NCBI GenBank assembly: GCA_965202585.1
Contig: OZ241834.1
Span: 31,682,001 to 31,746,000, forward strand
Direction: 5' to 3'
From: Thalia democratica
Taxonomy: Eukaryota
Length of the DNA stretch: 64,000 nucleotides
Shown here: piece after piece, positions 62,520 through 64,000 of the stretch
Layout of the letters: each line of letters starts with the position of its first letter
Numbering within the stretch: position 1 is the stretch's first letter
The notes under the pieces: model-generated
What the model was told of the DNA's origin: nothing
Databases searched by the model: none
The model's input: only the letters and a program-made list of their open reading frames with translations
Program-made: the position numbers and the translations under genes

Positions 62520-63622
62520 TTTAAAGTAACTAATAAGGTATCTATGATAATGTTACTAAATAAGTACATTAAATTTAGTTTGCAAAAAAATACTAATCAA
62601 AAAATTAACTTTGCTTCATCTTTTAAACATACATTAACAAAAGTTAAATCAATACTAAAACAACATAATTAAAAACATAAAAAAATTAGAAGGTTTATTG
62701 TTTGAAAAAAAGAATAAAATATCATCAGACAAAGTTAAACATTTTCAAGTCCGATAGTATTGGTGTATCTTCAAACAATAAAATAATACAACGTTGAATT
62801 TACTTCAAATAAATGAAAGACAGAGACTTGAGCTAGAAAGACAGAGTTCATACTGAAGGACAGTTTTGGTTGAAGACCATAACCATTTTTTTAGCAAAGT
62901 TATTGCAAATGTAATTTTAAAACTTATGTACATACTATTAAAGAGCATTATGTTGCCTTATTTAAAATAAAGCCAATTCATTGAGTAATTATGCCAACTA
63001 AAAAATCAAAAATGTTAAAGTCCACTAAGTAAAAACTATATTTCTAAGGTTTAACTTGGAATTCAAATAGTGTAACTTGATTGTAATCAATAATATGTAT
63101 ATAAATTTTCATACTATTGGTGCAAAAACTTAACAAAAACAGTTTGTTAACCAGAATTGCACTTAAACTGTTTTTATTTACTAAGTTTATGCTGAAATCT
63201 ACTTAAATTTATTGAAAACTATATTTTAACCTTTACTTTTAAATTTTTAAACTTAAATACTTAGGTAATATACTCTATGGGTAAGCAAACTGCAGCAAGC
63301 AATTCAACTTTTCAGCTGAAAATACTTAATTTTTTTTTTATCAGTTTGTTGTTGTAAAAACTTACAACTAAGCTATTAATAATTAGCAACCATACTGTTT
63401 TTTTTTGCTTAAATTATCACTTTTCTGGTTTAAAATTGAGTTTTTTATTTATATAAACAGCTACTTTAAATAACTTAGGCGCATAGAATACTTTTTGTTT
63501 TAAATTACTTCCCTGAAATACTTATAATAGGAAAACTAGTCTCTCGATGACAAAAGACTGTTAAACACATTATATATGCAAACCAAAGATTTAGTAACTA
63601 AAATTGAGCATTTAACTTATCT

Positions 63623-63839
63623 ATGTATACATTATAAAAGAATTTGTGATTTGAAAATTAAACTATTTTTTATTTTATTGATAAGAATGTTTAATTTTAA
63701 ATTATTAATGTTTTTAAACCTTTTAATACACAATTTTAAGTGTTATTTAAGTAAATTTAATTAAGTAATTTGGTAGTGTTTGTTATTTTAAATCAAATAC
63801 AAATCAAAACTTTAGTGAACCTTCAAATTTTCCACTATA
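63623..63839 (+). repeat. Dispersed AT-rich repeat, copy of 44098-44325
   Basis: Direct alignment by eye. Confidence 0.85.
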
Positions 63840-64000
63840 TTCCAGTATAGTCTATGTACTACCGAAACAAGTACAATAACACTATATAATGACAGTTTTT
63901 AACTTGCCACAGCTTAGACACAAATGAAATTATTAATTATTAACAACTAAATTATAGCTTGTCCTCAGAAATTTATAGTGGCAACAAAAATGTATGGGGA

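Overview
AT-rich eukaryotic (metazoan, probably invertebrate) genomic DNA with GT-AG introns and GC-richer exons. I saw no rRNA, tRNA or CRISPR. The main feature is a + strand gene I assembled by hand from splice sites (gene 1, 11907-42773, about 2,326 aa). It encodes a signal peptide, two trefoil/P-type-like domains, a Ca-binding EGF and two unique Sushi/CCP-like exons, followed by 15 near-identical tandem copies of a two-exon CCP-B/CCP-A module. All CCP exons are phase 1-1 and all are intact. A short paralogue (gene 2, about 45450-47926) has different N-terminal exons but the same B-A module and 3' flank. In each of the 14 internal A exons, read-through of the splice donor gives a transmembrane-like peptide and a stop codon, followed by AATAAA. 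Five copies of a composite hAT MITE lie in array introns and record the duplication history. Elsewhere there are two Buster-type hAT elements, a 3.4-kb Foldback/Mutator-like element, Helitron-like hairpin repeats and broken pieces of a C2H2 zinc-finger / coiled-coil gene family (53-62.5 kb). Domain and family names come from motif recognition by eye, not from database searches. The organism cannot be identified from the sequence.
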